A stretch of 64,000 nucleotides of DNA from NCBI GenBank assembly GCA_910577885.1, contig CAJTNK010000002.1, positions 21,580-85,579 of the forward strand, written 5' to 3'. The notes under the pieces are model-generated. The model was given only the letters and a program-made list of their open reading frames with translations. It made no database searches and was not told where the DNA came from. Position numbers and translations under genes: made by a program. Shown here piece by piece: positions 8,566-16,693 of the stretch; the stretch's first letter is position 1; each line of letters starts with the position of its first letter. This stretch comes from an uncultured Rikenella sp. (lineage in GTDB: Bacteria; Bacteroidota; Bacteroidia; Bacteroidales; Rikenellaceae).

Positions 8566-9528
8566 ATGACTACCTACAATAAACCTCCTTTGACATTTCA
8601 ACAACAAGTTGAGTTGTTAAAATCACGCGGTTTAGAAATCACTGATGAACAACGTGCGATTAGACACCTGACAAATATCAGCTATTACAGACTGAGTGCC
8701 TACATGTTGCCTTTTAAAATCAGAGAAAACGGGCAATATACGGATCAATTTATTACTGGCACTAAATGGGAAAACATACATGCTTTATATGTTTTTGATC
8801 GTAAATTACGACTATTAGTATTTGATGCAATTGAGCGAATTGAAATCGGCCTTCGTACACAAATCATATATCAACTCAGTTTAAAATACGGTTCTCATTG
8901 GCACGATCGCTCCGACATATTTAAGCTCAGTTCAAAATACAGCAAAAGAACCGGCAAAACCATAACTACGGATATTTTCCATGATTTACAACAACACATC
9001 CAGACGTTGTTGGTATCTAATCATGCCGAAGTATTTATCAAACACTATAAAGCACGATATGATGAGCCGGTAACTCCGCCCTCATGGATGTCCGTTGAAA
9101 CCTTATATTTCAGCCACCTGTCTAAAATTTGTGAAAATTTACGACAAAGAGCCGATCGGGTAGCTATTGCTTCACGATTTGATCTTCCCCCTGAAATATT
9201 TTGCTCTTGGCTTCACACAATCAATAATATACGCAATATTTGCGCTCACCATGGCAGGCTATGGAATCGAACGATCGACGTTGTTCCTGAAAAATTACAT
9301 GTATCAAAATCCAATGTAAAAATCTGGATAACAGAACCCGAAAGAGTTAAACGTAGTAAGATATATTATTTCTTATGCATGATTAATTATTTGCTTCAGA
9401 CGGTTAATCCGACAAGTGATTTCAAAAATCGTTTGAGCAAACTGCTATACGATTATCCGAATGTCGCACTCTGGGAAATGGGATTTCCTAAACATTGGCA
9501 ACGGGAAACCATGTGGAAAATTGATTGA
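8566..9528 (+). CDS. Abi_2 (AbiD/AbiF-like) abortive-infection family protein (320 aa)
   Basis: N-terminus KPPLTFQQQVELLKSRGLEITDEQRAIRHLTNISYYRLSAYMLPF and the later NNIRNICAHHGRLWN match the Abi_2 signature. The locus is markedly lower in GC than its surroundings. Confidence 0.8.
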   Translation: MTTYNKPPLTFQQQVELLKSRGLEITDEQRAIRHLTNISYYRLSAYMLPFKIRENGQYTDQFITGTKWENIHALYVFDRKLRLLVFDAIERIEIGLRTQIIYQLSLKYGSHWHDRSDIFKLSSKYSKRTGKTITTDIFHDLQQHIQTLLVSNHAEVFIKHYKARYDEPVTPPSWMSVETLYFSHLSKICENLRQRADRVAIASRFDLPPEIFCSWLHTINNIRNICAHHGRLWNRTIDVVPEKLHVSKSNVKIWITEPERVKRSKIYYFLCMINYLLQTVNPTSDFKNRLSKLLYDYPNVALWEMGFPKHWQRETMWKID

Positions 9529-9569
9529 AAATTTGGCACGGCATTTGGAATGATCCATAGAAAAAGATA

Positions 9570-9597
9570 CCTTTGTGCCCAGAAAGAGAATATGAAA
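9570..9597. repeat. degenerate third att-like site
   Basis: CCTTTGTGCCCAGAAAGAGAATATGAAA. TTTGTGCCCAG (11 nt) is identical to 6916-6926, followed by a GAAT..TGAA similarity. Confidence 0.35.
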
Positions 9598-9686
9598 TAA
9601 ATGTAAGCATTGTTACGTTAGCTGCTTACAGGGATAATAAGCTTTTCAGGCGTACTTATTAAGGTCGCATACTTGAGGAGCGTTTT

Positions 9687-9723
9687 AAGGATGATTCGAT
9701 TACGGGTCATCCTTCTTATTTTT
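9687..9723 (+). terminator. hairpin + T-rich tail downstream of the Abi gene
   Basis: AAGGATGA / TCATCCTT stem followed by CTTATTTTT. Confidence 0.45.
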
Positions 9724-9733
9724 ACAATAAATC

Positions 9734-9761
9734 GGGGCATTCTTGAAATCAAGAATGCCCC
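9734..9761. terminator. strong hairpin between the Abi and hicB 3' ends
   Basis: GGGGCATTCTTGA aa TCAAGAATGCCCC, a 13-bp perfect stem between convergent genes. Confidence 0.45.
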
Positions 9762-9792
9762 AGCCATTCATTGCGTAACAATCGTCAAACCA

Positions 9793-10200
9793 CTACAGCA
9801 ATGAAATGGCAGAGAGTTCAGCGGCCAACTTGCGCAACCCCGCTTGAATTTTTTCCAATTGCGCCGGACGGGGTTTCGATTTCCCGTGCGCATAGTTCCA
9901 AATCTGTTTCGGATTAATCCCGGACAGCCGCCCCAATGCCGCCGGGGTAATCACCCCTTCATAATATTGCAGGATGCTCGGAACATCCAATTGATACTCG
10001 ACATGGTAAGCCTCATCCAACCAAACTGGATACGCCTTTCCCTCCTCCTTGCAATGTTCCACATAGAAGTCTATTTGAGCCTGCATATCGTCTTTCGCCT
10101 CCTCGATCGTATCCCCGGTCCCGGAAAACATCTCTTCCAAACAATACACAGAGAAAGTCCCGTCCGTCGCCTGTTCTATTTTTGCCTTGATTGTTTTCAT
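9793..10200 (-). CDS. hicB: HicB-family antitoxin with C-terminal HTH (135 aa)
   Basis: N-terminal MKTIKAKIEQATDGTFSVYCLE...GDTIEEAKDDMQ (HicB RNase-H-like fold pattern). C-terminal HTH ITPAALGRLSGINPKQIWNYAHGK. Lies 35 nt downstream of hicA. Confidence 0.8.
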   Translation of the reverse strand: MKTIKAKIEQATDGTFSVYCLEEMFSGTGDTIEEAKDDMQAQIDFYVEHCKEEGKAYPVWLDEAYHVEYQLDVPSILQYYEGVITPAALGRLSGINPKQIWNYAHGKSKPRPAQLEKIQAGLRKLAAELSAISLL

Positions 10201-10235
10201 ATCTGTATTATTTATTAGGAGGAAAGTGGGGCCGC

Positions 10236-10424
10236 TTACAGCCCCATCTCCTTTTTGATTTTCAACTCCAGCCCTTTCCCAACTTCGGCACTTCCGTGAT
10301 CTGGCACCGGATAGGTTCGCCCGTCTTTTTCATAAATTACGTGACTGCCTTTGCCCCGTTGTTTTCGACTGATTTCCCGCCAACCTCGTCGGCGTATCAA
10401 TCTGTGTAGTTCGTTGTACTTCAT
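10236..10424 (-). CDS. hicA: HicA-family mRNA interferase toxin (62 aa)
   Basis: MKYNELHRLIRRRGWREISRKQRGKGSHVIYEKDGRTYPVPDHG matches the HicA/YcfA pattern (G-S-H...PvP.H). Start taken at the internal Met; a -7 box lies 21 nt upstream. Confidence 0.8.
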   Translation of the reverse strand: MKYNELHRLIRRRGWREISRKQRGKGSHVIYEKDGRTYPVPDHGSAEVGKGLELKIKKEMGL

Positions 10425-10444
10425 AGTGTAGTGGTTTGACACCA

Positions 10445-10452
10445 CAAAGGTA
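10445..10452 (-). promoter_or_regulatory. candidate -7 promoter box for hicAB
   Basis: Minus-strand TACCTTTG fits TAnnTTTG. Confidence 0.3.
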
Positions 10453-10517
10453 GATATATTTCTATTATTTGCAAAATAAAACCAAACTATTTTTCCACTC
10501 TTCTACAAATAGCGTGC

Positions 10518-10543
10518 AAAAAAAGACCTCGAAACGAGGTCTT
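10518..10543 (-). terminator. terminator of the prophage late operon
   Basis: Minus strand reads AAGACCTCG ttt CGAGGTCTT followed by T7, 25 nt after the last late gene. Confidence 0.65.
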
Positions 10544-10567
10544 ATTATCGGTTCCCGGCCACCGTCA

Positions 10568-11050
10568 TTATTTGCTCCAAAGGACAAACCCGAAGGAGAC
10601 GCCGAGATAGGGCTGGACGCCACGCGGCCCGTATCCGACCCCCGGCCCGACCGTTAGTGCCCACCGTCTTCGGTCTTTGACGACCCGCTCCGTGGTGGTT
10701 TGGATTGTTTGAAAGACCGTTCTCGGATAGACCTCCAGCCGGTCGAGTGAGACGCCGTAACCGCTGACGTCGAGGGCGTATAGGCTGTCTCGGAACTGGT
10801 ATTGCGCGATCGGCACTGGCACACGGACCGTGTCTTGGTCTCGGTAGACCGCCAGCGTGTCCGTCCGTTGTTCCACTACCCGCACCGGGACCGGCCTTTC
10901 GACCACCAGCGTGTCCACCCGCACGAGAGTAACCGTGTCGGACTTCACCACCTCCCGGACCACGACCGACGGGCCGGCGCAGTGGCGTATCAACAGAAGC
11001 GCGCCGAGCATTACCAAAATCGCAAGCAAGACAATAAGTATTCTTTTCAT
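10568..11050 (-). CDS. membrane-anchored protein at the end of the lysis cassette (160 aa)
   Basis: N-terminal TM MKRILIVLLAILVMLGALLLI, V/R/D/T-rich repetitive middle, Gly-rich hydrophobic C-terminus (WALTVGPGVGYGPRGVQPYLGVSFGFVLW). Position suggests a lysis accessory or spanin-like role. Start at internal Met. Confidence 0.45.
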   Translation of the reverse strand: MKRILIVLLAILVMLGALLLIRHCAGPSVVVREVVKSDTVTLVRVDTLVVERPVPVRVVEQRTDTLAVYRDQDTVRVPVPIAQYQFRDSLYALDVSGYGVSLDRLEVYPRTVFQTIQTTTERVVKDRRRWALTVGPGVGYGPRGVQPYLGVSFGFVLWSK

Positions 11051-11061
11051 CCAGAGAACCA

Positions 11062-11502
11062 TTAGAAATGAATATCCCACGCGCCGACCAAGGACATGTA
11101 TTGCGTCTTCTCTATGGGTTCCCGGACTTTGCGGGAAAAGAGACGACCATCCGCGGTATATAGCCCAAATTCCCGAATCGTCATCCCCACGGCATCGTCA
11201 TAACCGAACGTGAAGTTGAAACGGACCGTTGACGGGGTCGGATATTCGATGCTTTGCACATCGACCCGCACCGCATCCGCGATCTGCGTATCGTTGTCGG
11301 TCGGTTCGTTGCCCGAAGTACCCGCCCCCACCTGGGCAATACGAGCACCCGCCACCCCGGCCAGAGCTTCCGCCGCCGCGGCATACCCCGTGGCGACGAT
11401 CCGGTTACACGCGGCGGCGCGCCACAACTCAACGCCCCGGGCGTCATAGGCCCGGAGGGTCAGAATACCGACGGGCTGTTTCATGTTGTCTTTGTTCGTC
11501 AT
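11062..11502 (-). CDS. stand-alone tail-collar-fibre-domain-like protein (146 aa)
   Basis: IAQVGAGTSGNEPTDNDTQIADAV...IREFGLYTADGRLFSRKV resembles the N-terminal tail-collar domain of P2 gpH-type fibres (MAVGDGGG..P.P...T.L..E...E.GLYD..G.L). ATGA overlap with the endolysin stop. Confidence 0.45.
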   Translation of the reverse strand: MTNKDNMKQPVGILTLRAYDARGVELWRAAACNRIVATGYAAAAEALAGVAGARIAQVGAGTSGNEPTDNDTQIADAVRVDVQSIEYPTPSTVRFNFTFGYDDAVGMTIREFGLYTADGRLFSRKVREPIEKTQYMSLVGAWDIHF

Positions 11503-12023
11503 CCTTCAAAATGAATATCGTTCAAACGATTCATCCACCCCCGCCGGAATCGTTCGTTTGTGGGAGTGCGGCGGCATATGTCATCGATAAATTGCACGCG
11601 GGCCGTCATGATCGTATCAAATATTTTGTGCGGGTCTTTTGCGTTCAATGCCTCCAGTGTTACCGGCCCGACCACGCCATCGACGGCGACGCCCAACAGT
11701 CGCTGGGGAATCTTAATACCCCACACCCCGGATGCCCACACCCAATCGACCAAGATGTTTGCCACGGATTGCGACCGGATGCCATCCGCCCGCCAACGAT
11801 CCCAGTACAGTGTTTTGAATATCTCTTGCCACTCCACCGACGTCATACGTTTCAAGTCGTCCACGGAGGTCGTCGCATATCCTTTCTGTTTGCGATAGGC
11901 CCGATAGGTGGCAATCGTTACCCCAGCGTTCGTAGCACCGCCCTTGTCGTAGGGGTCGTTGACAAAGCCGCCTTCCCACTTCCGATAAACGGCACCAATA
12001 GTTTGTAGTCTGCCATAATTCAC
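11499..12023 (-). CDS. GH108-family lysozyme with PG_binding_3 domain (endolysin, 174 aa)
   Basis: WEGGFVNDPYDKGGATNAGVT is the GH108 signature (EGG-Y/F-V-N-D-P-x-D-x-GG-x-T-x-x-G-I/V-T). C-terminal GVAVDGVVGPVTLEAL is peptidoglycan-binding-like. Confidence 0.85.
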   Translation of the reverse strand: MNYGRLQTIGAVYRKWEGGFVNDPYDKGGATNAGVTIATYRAYRKQKGYATTSVDDLKRMTSVEWQEIFKTLYWDRWRADGIRSQSVANILVDWVWASGVWGIKIPQRLLGVAVDGVVGPVTLEALNAKDPHKIFDTIMTARVQFIDDICRRTPTNERFRRGWMNRLNDIHFEG

Positions 12024-12028
12024 GATGT

Positions 12029-12526
12029 TTATTCTCGAAAATCGGTCGGGATCGGACTTTGCACCGATCCGGTATCATCTGCAATCCCTTTGAGCGTTTG
12101 CAGAATTTCGGCTGCTTTGCCGGCATCTTTACACTGGACGATCTGCCGGATGGCATCGGGGATATTGGCGGCGGCGGACCGTTTCGCTTTCAGGTTCTCG
12201 AACATGCTTTTCAGCTCGATATAGATTACCCCGACAATTCCCAAAATGGAGATATAGGGGAACGCATACCAAGGAAAAACATTCCCGATCACGTCGAGCA
12301 ACAACAGCATAAACATGACGCTATAGTAGTCGGAGGCTTTGGAGAACGTCCGTCGCATACCTTGGCTATCTACTTTTTCATGCAAGGCTTTGGCCTTTTT
12401 GAGGCCGGTCCACATGTCGCAAAAGACCGCGATCAGCACCATGACCCACAAGATAAAGATGACGATAAACGTGCGCATCAATCCCTCGAGATTGATTACC
12501 TCAATAATCAGTTCGTTCATTTCCAT
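12029..12526 (-). CDS. phage holin (holin_4-type, 165 aa)
   Basis: Three hydrophobic segments (FIVIFILWVMVLIAVFCDMWTG, YYSVMFMLLLLDVIGNVF, ISILGIVGVIYIELKSMFEN) with a D..TG motif. Lies 5 nt upstream of the endolysin. Confidence 0.7.
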   Translation of the reverse strand: MEMNELIIEVINLEGLMRTFIVIFILWVMVLIAVFCDMWTGLKKAKALHEKVDSQGMRRTFSKASDYYSVMFMLLLLDVIGNVFPWYAFPYISILGIVGVIYIELKSMFENLKAKRSAAANIPDAIRQIVQCKDAGKAAEILQTLKGIADDTGSVQSPIPTDFRE

Positions 12527-12529
12527 ACG

Positions 12530-12727
12530 TTACGCCCCCTGTACTGAAATGTTGAAATACCGCTTTTCATTAGTTCCTGACTTGTTGGGTAGGAATACTT
12601 CTATCTTTCCTTCGTACAACTCACGCCAAACAACAGGAGCATAGTATTCAAAATTATTCCCTCCACTGGCCAATCGGGTTGCCTGTGCAGTCGCCATATT
12701 GACGGCTACCTTAGGGGTTATTGGCAT
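12530..12727 (-). CDS. hypothetical small protein (65 aa)
   Basis: Fills the gap between the fibre and holin genes on the same strand. No motif recognised. Confidence 0.3.
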   Translation of the reverse strand: MPITPKVAVNMATAQATRLASGGNNFEYYAPVVWRELYEGKIEVFLPNKSGTNEKRYFNISVQGA

Positions 12728-13734
12728 GTATATCCATTCCCGTTATCAACCCAAGCCACCGACTGGATCCAGTCACCGACCTGCCCGACGACATTTCCGT
12801 TCGGGTCGATCTGGGCGTAATACGTGGGCTTCAGGTTGCCGGAGTGGTAGAACTTTACCCAGCTTCCCCAAAATCCTCCGGTTTTTTCGCGCATATACAC
12901 CTCGTTTGAGAGAAAACGATAGTATATTTGGAAGGCGGCTCGGGAATCCCATTTATATTGCACCAAAGTGCTTCCTGTGCCGCTTCCTGAAAATGGAGCA
13001 TTGGACTGATCCCCGGTCAGGCGGAATACTCCGCTCCCTTCAACGGCATTCAGATCTCCCGTATAGTCTCCCAAAGGCATCTTGGTGGCTGGGTTGAAGT
13101 TCCCGGAGTGCCAGATCGTCCGCTTAATCCACTCTCCAACGCGCAGGAAGTACGGATCTTCTTTACTGATGAGGCCTGCCGCCCCCTTGTCGTGCCTCCA
13201 ATTGCATAGATATACATCATCAGGAGCGAGTGCGCTCGAGTAATCTCCTCCAACAACTCCTTTTACTTTATCTTTATCAAGAAACAGTCTGATTGCGTAA
13301 AACTCTTCCGAAACATTCCCGTTTGTATCCGCTTTTCCCGCCAACGCCTGGTTCAGGGCCTCGGTGGTAACCCGCTCGCCGATCATCTGCATCACCGTTG
13401 CCGAGAAGTTCGGATCATTGTTTAATGCCGTGGCAAGTTCTTCGAGCGTATTCAACAAATCCGGTGCGCTCCCTGCCAGGGCCGCCACGATCCGGTCGGA
13501 ATACTCCTTGGCCGTACGAAGCGTGTCGGCATCCTTGGTGTCAGCCGCCGCCAGGATGGCCGTTTCGCGGGTGTCGGTGTAATCCCGGGAATTACGCAAA
13601 GTCGCTTCGGCCACGGTGTCGGTGTGGTCGATCATTTTGTCGTTAAATCTTCGGTGCGCCTCCGGTTGGATCTCCCCCGTGTCGTTGTCGAAAAACGTGT
13701 CGTCCGACAACCGTTTCAACTCTTCTTTCGTCAT
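12718..13734 (-). CDS. tail fibre protein (338 aa)
   Basis: SAPDLLNTLEELATALNNDPNFSATVMQMIGERVTTEALNQAL is the phage tail-fibre repeat. Follows the baseplate genes. Confidence 0.75.
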   Translation of the reverse strand: MTKEELKRLSDDTFFDNDTGEIQPEAHRRFNDKMIDHTDTVAEATLRNSRDYTDTRETAILAAADTKDADTLRTAKEYSDRIVAALAGSAPDLLNTLEELATALNNDPNFSATVMQMIGERVTTEALNQALAGKADTNGNVSEEFYAIRLFLDKDKVKGVVGGDYSSALAPDDVYLCNWRHDKGAAGLISKEDPYFLRVGEWIKRTIWHSGNFNPATKMPLGDYTGDLNAVEGSGVFRLTGDQSNAPFSGSGTGSTLVQYKWDSRAAFQIYYRFLSNEVYMREKTGGFWGSWVKFYHSGNLKPTYYAQIDPNGNVVGQVGDWIQSVAWVDNGNGYTCQ

Positions 13735-13736
13735 GG

Positions 13737-14639
13737 CTATTTCTCTTTGTATGTGTTATAGGCCGGGCCGTACGCACGGCTGTATGCGTTCCAGTTCAAC
13801 AGTTGACGGATCCGGAGCGTTCCGAGCGTCCGGCCCGTAACGGCTCGGATTTCGACCGTCATTTCCCGACGGGCCGTCGTGTTCGGGTCCGAGGAGACAA
13901 GCAACTCCGAAGTGCCCGCCGCACCCGTAAACTCCAGCGTCACCGCATCGCCCGTACCGTCCTCCCACTCCTTCCGTTTCCGCTCGATCGTCCACGGCAC
14001 GGAGGCCGTTATCGTCACACGTTCGACGGTTCCGGTCTTACTCAGAACCACCGGGTTCGGACGGACCGCCAACGTCATTAGCTCCAAGTCATCCCGAGCA
14101 TCGACCGCAGGCCGGAACGCCTCATCGGCCAGCCGCTGAAAGAACCCAAGCGCGACGAGGTGCGACCGTTCGTTTTTGTAGAACTCGACAAACAGACGCA
14201 ATTTCCGGGCGTCGTCCTTGGTGATGTGGCGTCCCTGGTCGGCCTCAACCAACACTCGAAATCGCGCCCAATCATCCGGACTGGTCGGTCCGTCGGGGAT
14301 TGCCGTCACCCCCTCTTCCAGGACGATGACCGGAAAGCCGACGGTGCGGCATGCCTCCCGGATGGCCCAAGGCGTTCCGAGATATTTGTGCAGGGCTATG
14401 GATCTTTTGATGATGTCGCGCTGCTGTTGCTCGTTTTCTGCCATGGCGAACCCCTGCAAACCGTCCACATTGAACTGTTCGGCCAGGTATGGCAGTGCCT
14501 CCGGCGTACAGATGTCGACCAAATAGGCCATAAATGGGGCCAGGTCCCAGTTGTCCCACCGGTCGGCCACCAGCTCCGAGAAAGCCCGTGCCAATTCATT
14601 GTCGGATACGCCGCTCGCTATGACATGTTTGTTATCCAC
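13737..14639 (-). CDS. tail protein I (P2 gpI-like, 300 aa)
   Basis: LAPFMAYLVDICTPEALPYLAEQFNVDG...IIKRSIALHKYLGTPWAIREACRTVGF fits the Tail_P2_I pattern. Positioned after baseplate J. Confidence 0.75.
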   Translation of the reverse strand: MDNKHVIASGVSDNELARAFSELVADRWDNWDLAPFMAYLVDICTPEALPYLAEQFNVDGLQGFAMAENEQQQRDIIKRSIALHKYLGTPWAIREACRTVGFPVIVLEEGVTAIPDGPTSPDDWARFRVLVEADQGRHITKDDARKLRLFVEFYKNERSHLVALGFFQRLADEAFRPAVDARDDLELMTLAVRPNPVVLSKTGTVERVTITASVPWTIERKRKEWEDGTGDAVTLEFTGAAGTSELLVSSDPNTTARREMTVEIRAVTGRTLGTLRIRQLLNWNAYSRAYGPAYNTYKEK

Positions 14640-15729
14640 GATTGAACCCGGTTATGTTGACAGCGATTTCCGTACAGGTGGCAAATGCCGCGTCGGTAAC
14701 GACTATATTTTCGGCAGGTTCGGTAACTGCCACATCATACACCGCCCCGATCCGGCATATTTGAGCAATATGCGACCGGATGATGTCTTGTCCCAACTTG
14801 CGGCGTTTCTCGGCGGCATAGTCCCGCAAAGCGGCTGTAATGTCCGCTTGCGTACCGGTCGCATCGGCATTGTCGTACAAGGTGACATCTACCTGTATGG
14901 CATATTCCATTCGGGTCGGAGCCGCGACGATGACCGTATCGGTCAACGGTCGAACATCTTCGGGACTGCATGCCGCGTATACGTCCGTAATAATCTGCTC
15001 GGGGGTATCGTCGTTTTCGGTCAACGGGACGATGACCACCGTTCCGGGCGTCGGAGAGGTGATAGACACATCCGTTATCAACGGATTGGCCGAAGTGGCG
15101 TAAAACTTATAGCTCGACCGGGAACCCGCCGACGAATATTGCGACGGGGTCAGCTTGATACGCTCCCTCAACTGTTCGTCGGTTTCGACATCCGATCCCC
15201 CGCCGGTCGTGTCGAGGTTGGCGGCAGTCGAAACAAAGGCCAGCGGATCGAGGATCTTAGCGACAGTTCCCGGCGCATACCCGTTTCCGCCCTTCCCGGC
15301 GGTATCTGCCAACGCCTTGACTTCGACCGCATGGACATGATCCGGTATCGCTACATCGTCCACGGTCCGGAAAATCACATTGTCGTCCGTTGCCACCCGT
15401 GTCCCTTCGGGTATCAACACTGCACCGTGCCCATCGACCAAATCGAAACGCACCGTACAGCCGGCATACGCTGCTGGCAGGCGTTCGACGGCGACCAGCC
15501 CGGCGATATAATCCAGGATCGGGGCGCGGCTGAATTGATAGAGCATCTGAGCCATCCCCGCATTGAACCGGTTGGTCAAAAGCACTTCGCGGTAAACGAT
15601 GAATTGGAGCATCAGTTGTTCGACCTGGGCCGGTTGCAATTCACGCCCCAACAACTCCTGTAATTTGGCCTTGCATTCGGCCATAATCACATCCGGATCG
15701 CGTTCGACAAATACGGGGATTTTGTTCAT
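14632..15729 (-). CDS. baseplate J-like protein (P2 gpJ / Mu gp47, 365 aa)
   Basis: The N-terminal IPVFVERDPDVIMAECKAKLQELLGRELQPAQVEQLMLQ...NAGMAQMLYQFSRAPILDYIAGLVAVERL pattern and its position between gpW and gpI. Confidence 0.85.
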   Translation of the reverse strand: MNKIPVFVERDPDVIMAECKAKLQELLGRELQPAQVEQLMLQFIVYREVLLTNRFNAGMAQMLYQFSRAPILDYIAGLVAVERLPAAYAGCTVRFDLVDGHGAVLIPEGTRVATDDNVIFRTVDDVAIPDHVHAVEVKALADTAGKGGNGYAPGTVAKILDPLAFVSTAANLDTTGGGSDVETDEQLRERIKLTPSQYSSAGSRSSYKFYATSANPLITDVSITSPTPGTVVIVPLTENDDTPEQIITDVYAACSPEDVRPLTDTVIVAAPTRMEYAIQVDVTLYDNADATGTQADITAALRDYAAEKRRKLGQDIIRSHIAQICRIGAVYDVAVTEPAENIVVTDAAFATCTEIAVNITGFNRG

Positions 15730-15731
15730 GG

Positions 15732-16091
15732 TTAAATTTTTACGCTAATCGTCATTTGTGCCGCCGAAGCAATGGCCGTCGCCTCGATCTGCAAGCTTCG
15801 CCCTGCCGGACCATTCCCGACCAATCGGCAACGGGTCACGGTGACGCGCGGTTCCCACCGTTCGATGGCGGTAATCGCTTCGTAGACCAACCGAGGCTCT
15901 ACCTTGTTCGTCGGAGCGTCGATATAGCGATAAATACCGCTGCCGAATGCAGGCCGCAGCGGATCACTGCCCGGAATGGTATTCAGGATGATATAAATGC
16001 ACTGGGCAATATCCTCCGCCCCTTCGACTCGGGCCGTCGGATCGCTTATGCAGACTTGCCAGTTGCGGGTGTCGCCGGTTGTTCCTGTCAT
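15732..16091 (-). CDS. baseplate wedge protein GPW/gp25 family (119 aa)
   Basis: IAQCIYIILNTIPGSDPLRPAFGSGIYRYID matches the GPW_gp25 core motif. Confidence 0.85.
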   Translation of the reverse strand: MTGTTGDTRNWQVCISDPTARVEGAEDIAQCIYIILNTIPGSDPLRPAFGSGIYRYIDAPTNKVEPRLVYEAITAIERWEPRVTVTRCRLVGNGPAGRSLQIEATAIASAAQMTISVKI

Positions 16092-16098
16092 CTTTCGG

Positions 16099-16692
16099 TT
16101 AGGGTATGGGTGGCCCGGAAGGTCCTGCCGGGGTCGTGTGCTTGTGGGTGGTCAAAGCCAGTTTCAACGGACCGGCGGTTACCTCTCCGCTGGCCGACAC
16201 ATCGCCGTCAACGGAGGTATTTCCGGCAATACTGGTATCGCCCTTTATTTCCGTATCGCCCTTTATCTCTGTGTCTCCTTTTATTTCCGTATCGCCGGTT
16301 ATCGCCACATCGCCCTCAACGGTCAATTTCTTGCACCGGAAATTCAATTCCGCATCCGGGGCATTGACCGTCAGCGCGTGCGATCCGGCATCGTAGTATA
16401 TTTCGGTCCCGTCACCGAAGCGGACGCCCAGCGTGTCGGGCGTCGCCCAATCGGGCGGGGTGTCCGTTGCGCTCCACAGAACGGCCACAATGCAACCTTG
16501 CTCGCAAAAGTCGTCCATCAGGCAGGCCACCTGCGAATTGACCTCGACCGGCATCCACTGTTTGACCGTCCGGCTGTTGGACGACGGCAGCGACAGCCAC
16601 CCCGACACGATTTCGCTGTCGTCGAACGACACCCGCGCAAACCCCAGGTTCTCGCCCTCGCCTAACTCCGAAATGATCCCAAGTCTCAACAT
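16099..16692 (-). CDS. baseplate assembly protein V / central spike (197 aa)
   Basis: N-terminal MLRLGIISELGEGENLGFARVSFDD (OB-fold gpV start). C-terminal beta-helix repeats GDTEIKGDTEIKGDTEIKGDTSIAGNTSVDGDV. Confidence 0.8.
   Translation of the reverse strand: MLRLGIISELGEGENLGFARVSFDDSEIVSGWLSLPSSNSRTVKQWMPVEVNSQVACLMDDFCEQGCIVAVLWSATDTPPDWATPDTLGVRFGDGTEIYYDAGSHALTVNAPDAELNFRCKKLTVEGDVAITGDTEIKGDTEIKGDTEIKGDTSIAGNTSVDGDVSASGEVTAGPLKLALTTHKHTTPAGPSGPPIP
16235..16306 (-). repeat. four tandem 18-nt units encoding the GDTEIK spike repeats
   Basis: GTATCGCCCTTTATTTCC and three near-copies in tandem on the + strand. Confidence 0.7.
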
Positions 16693-16693
16693 C

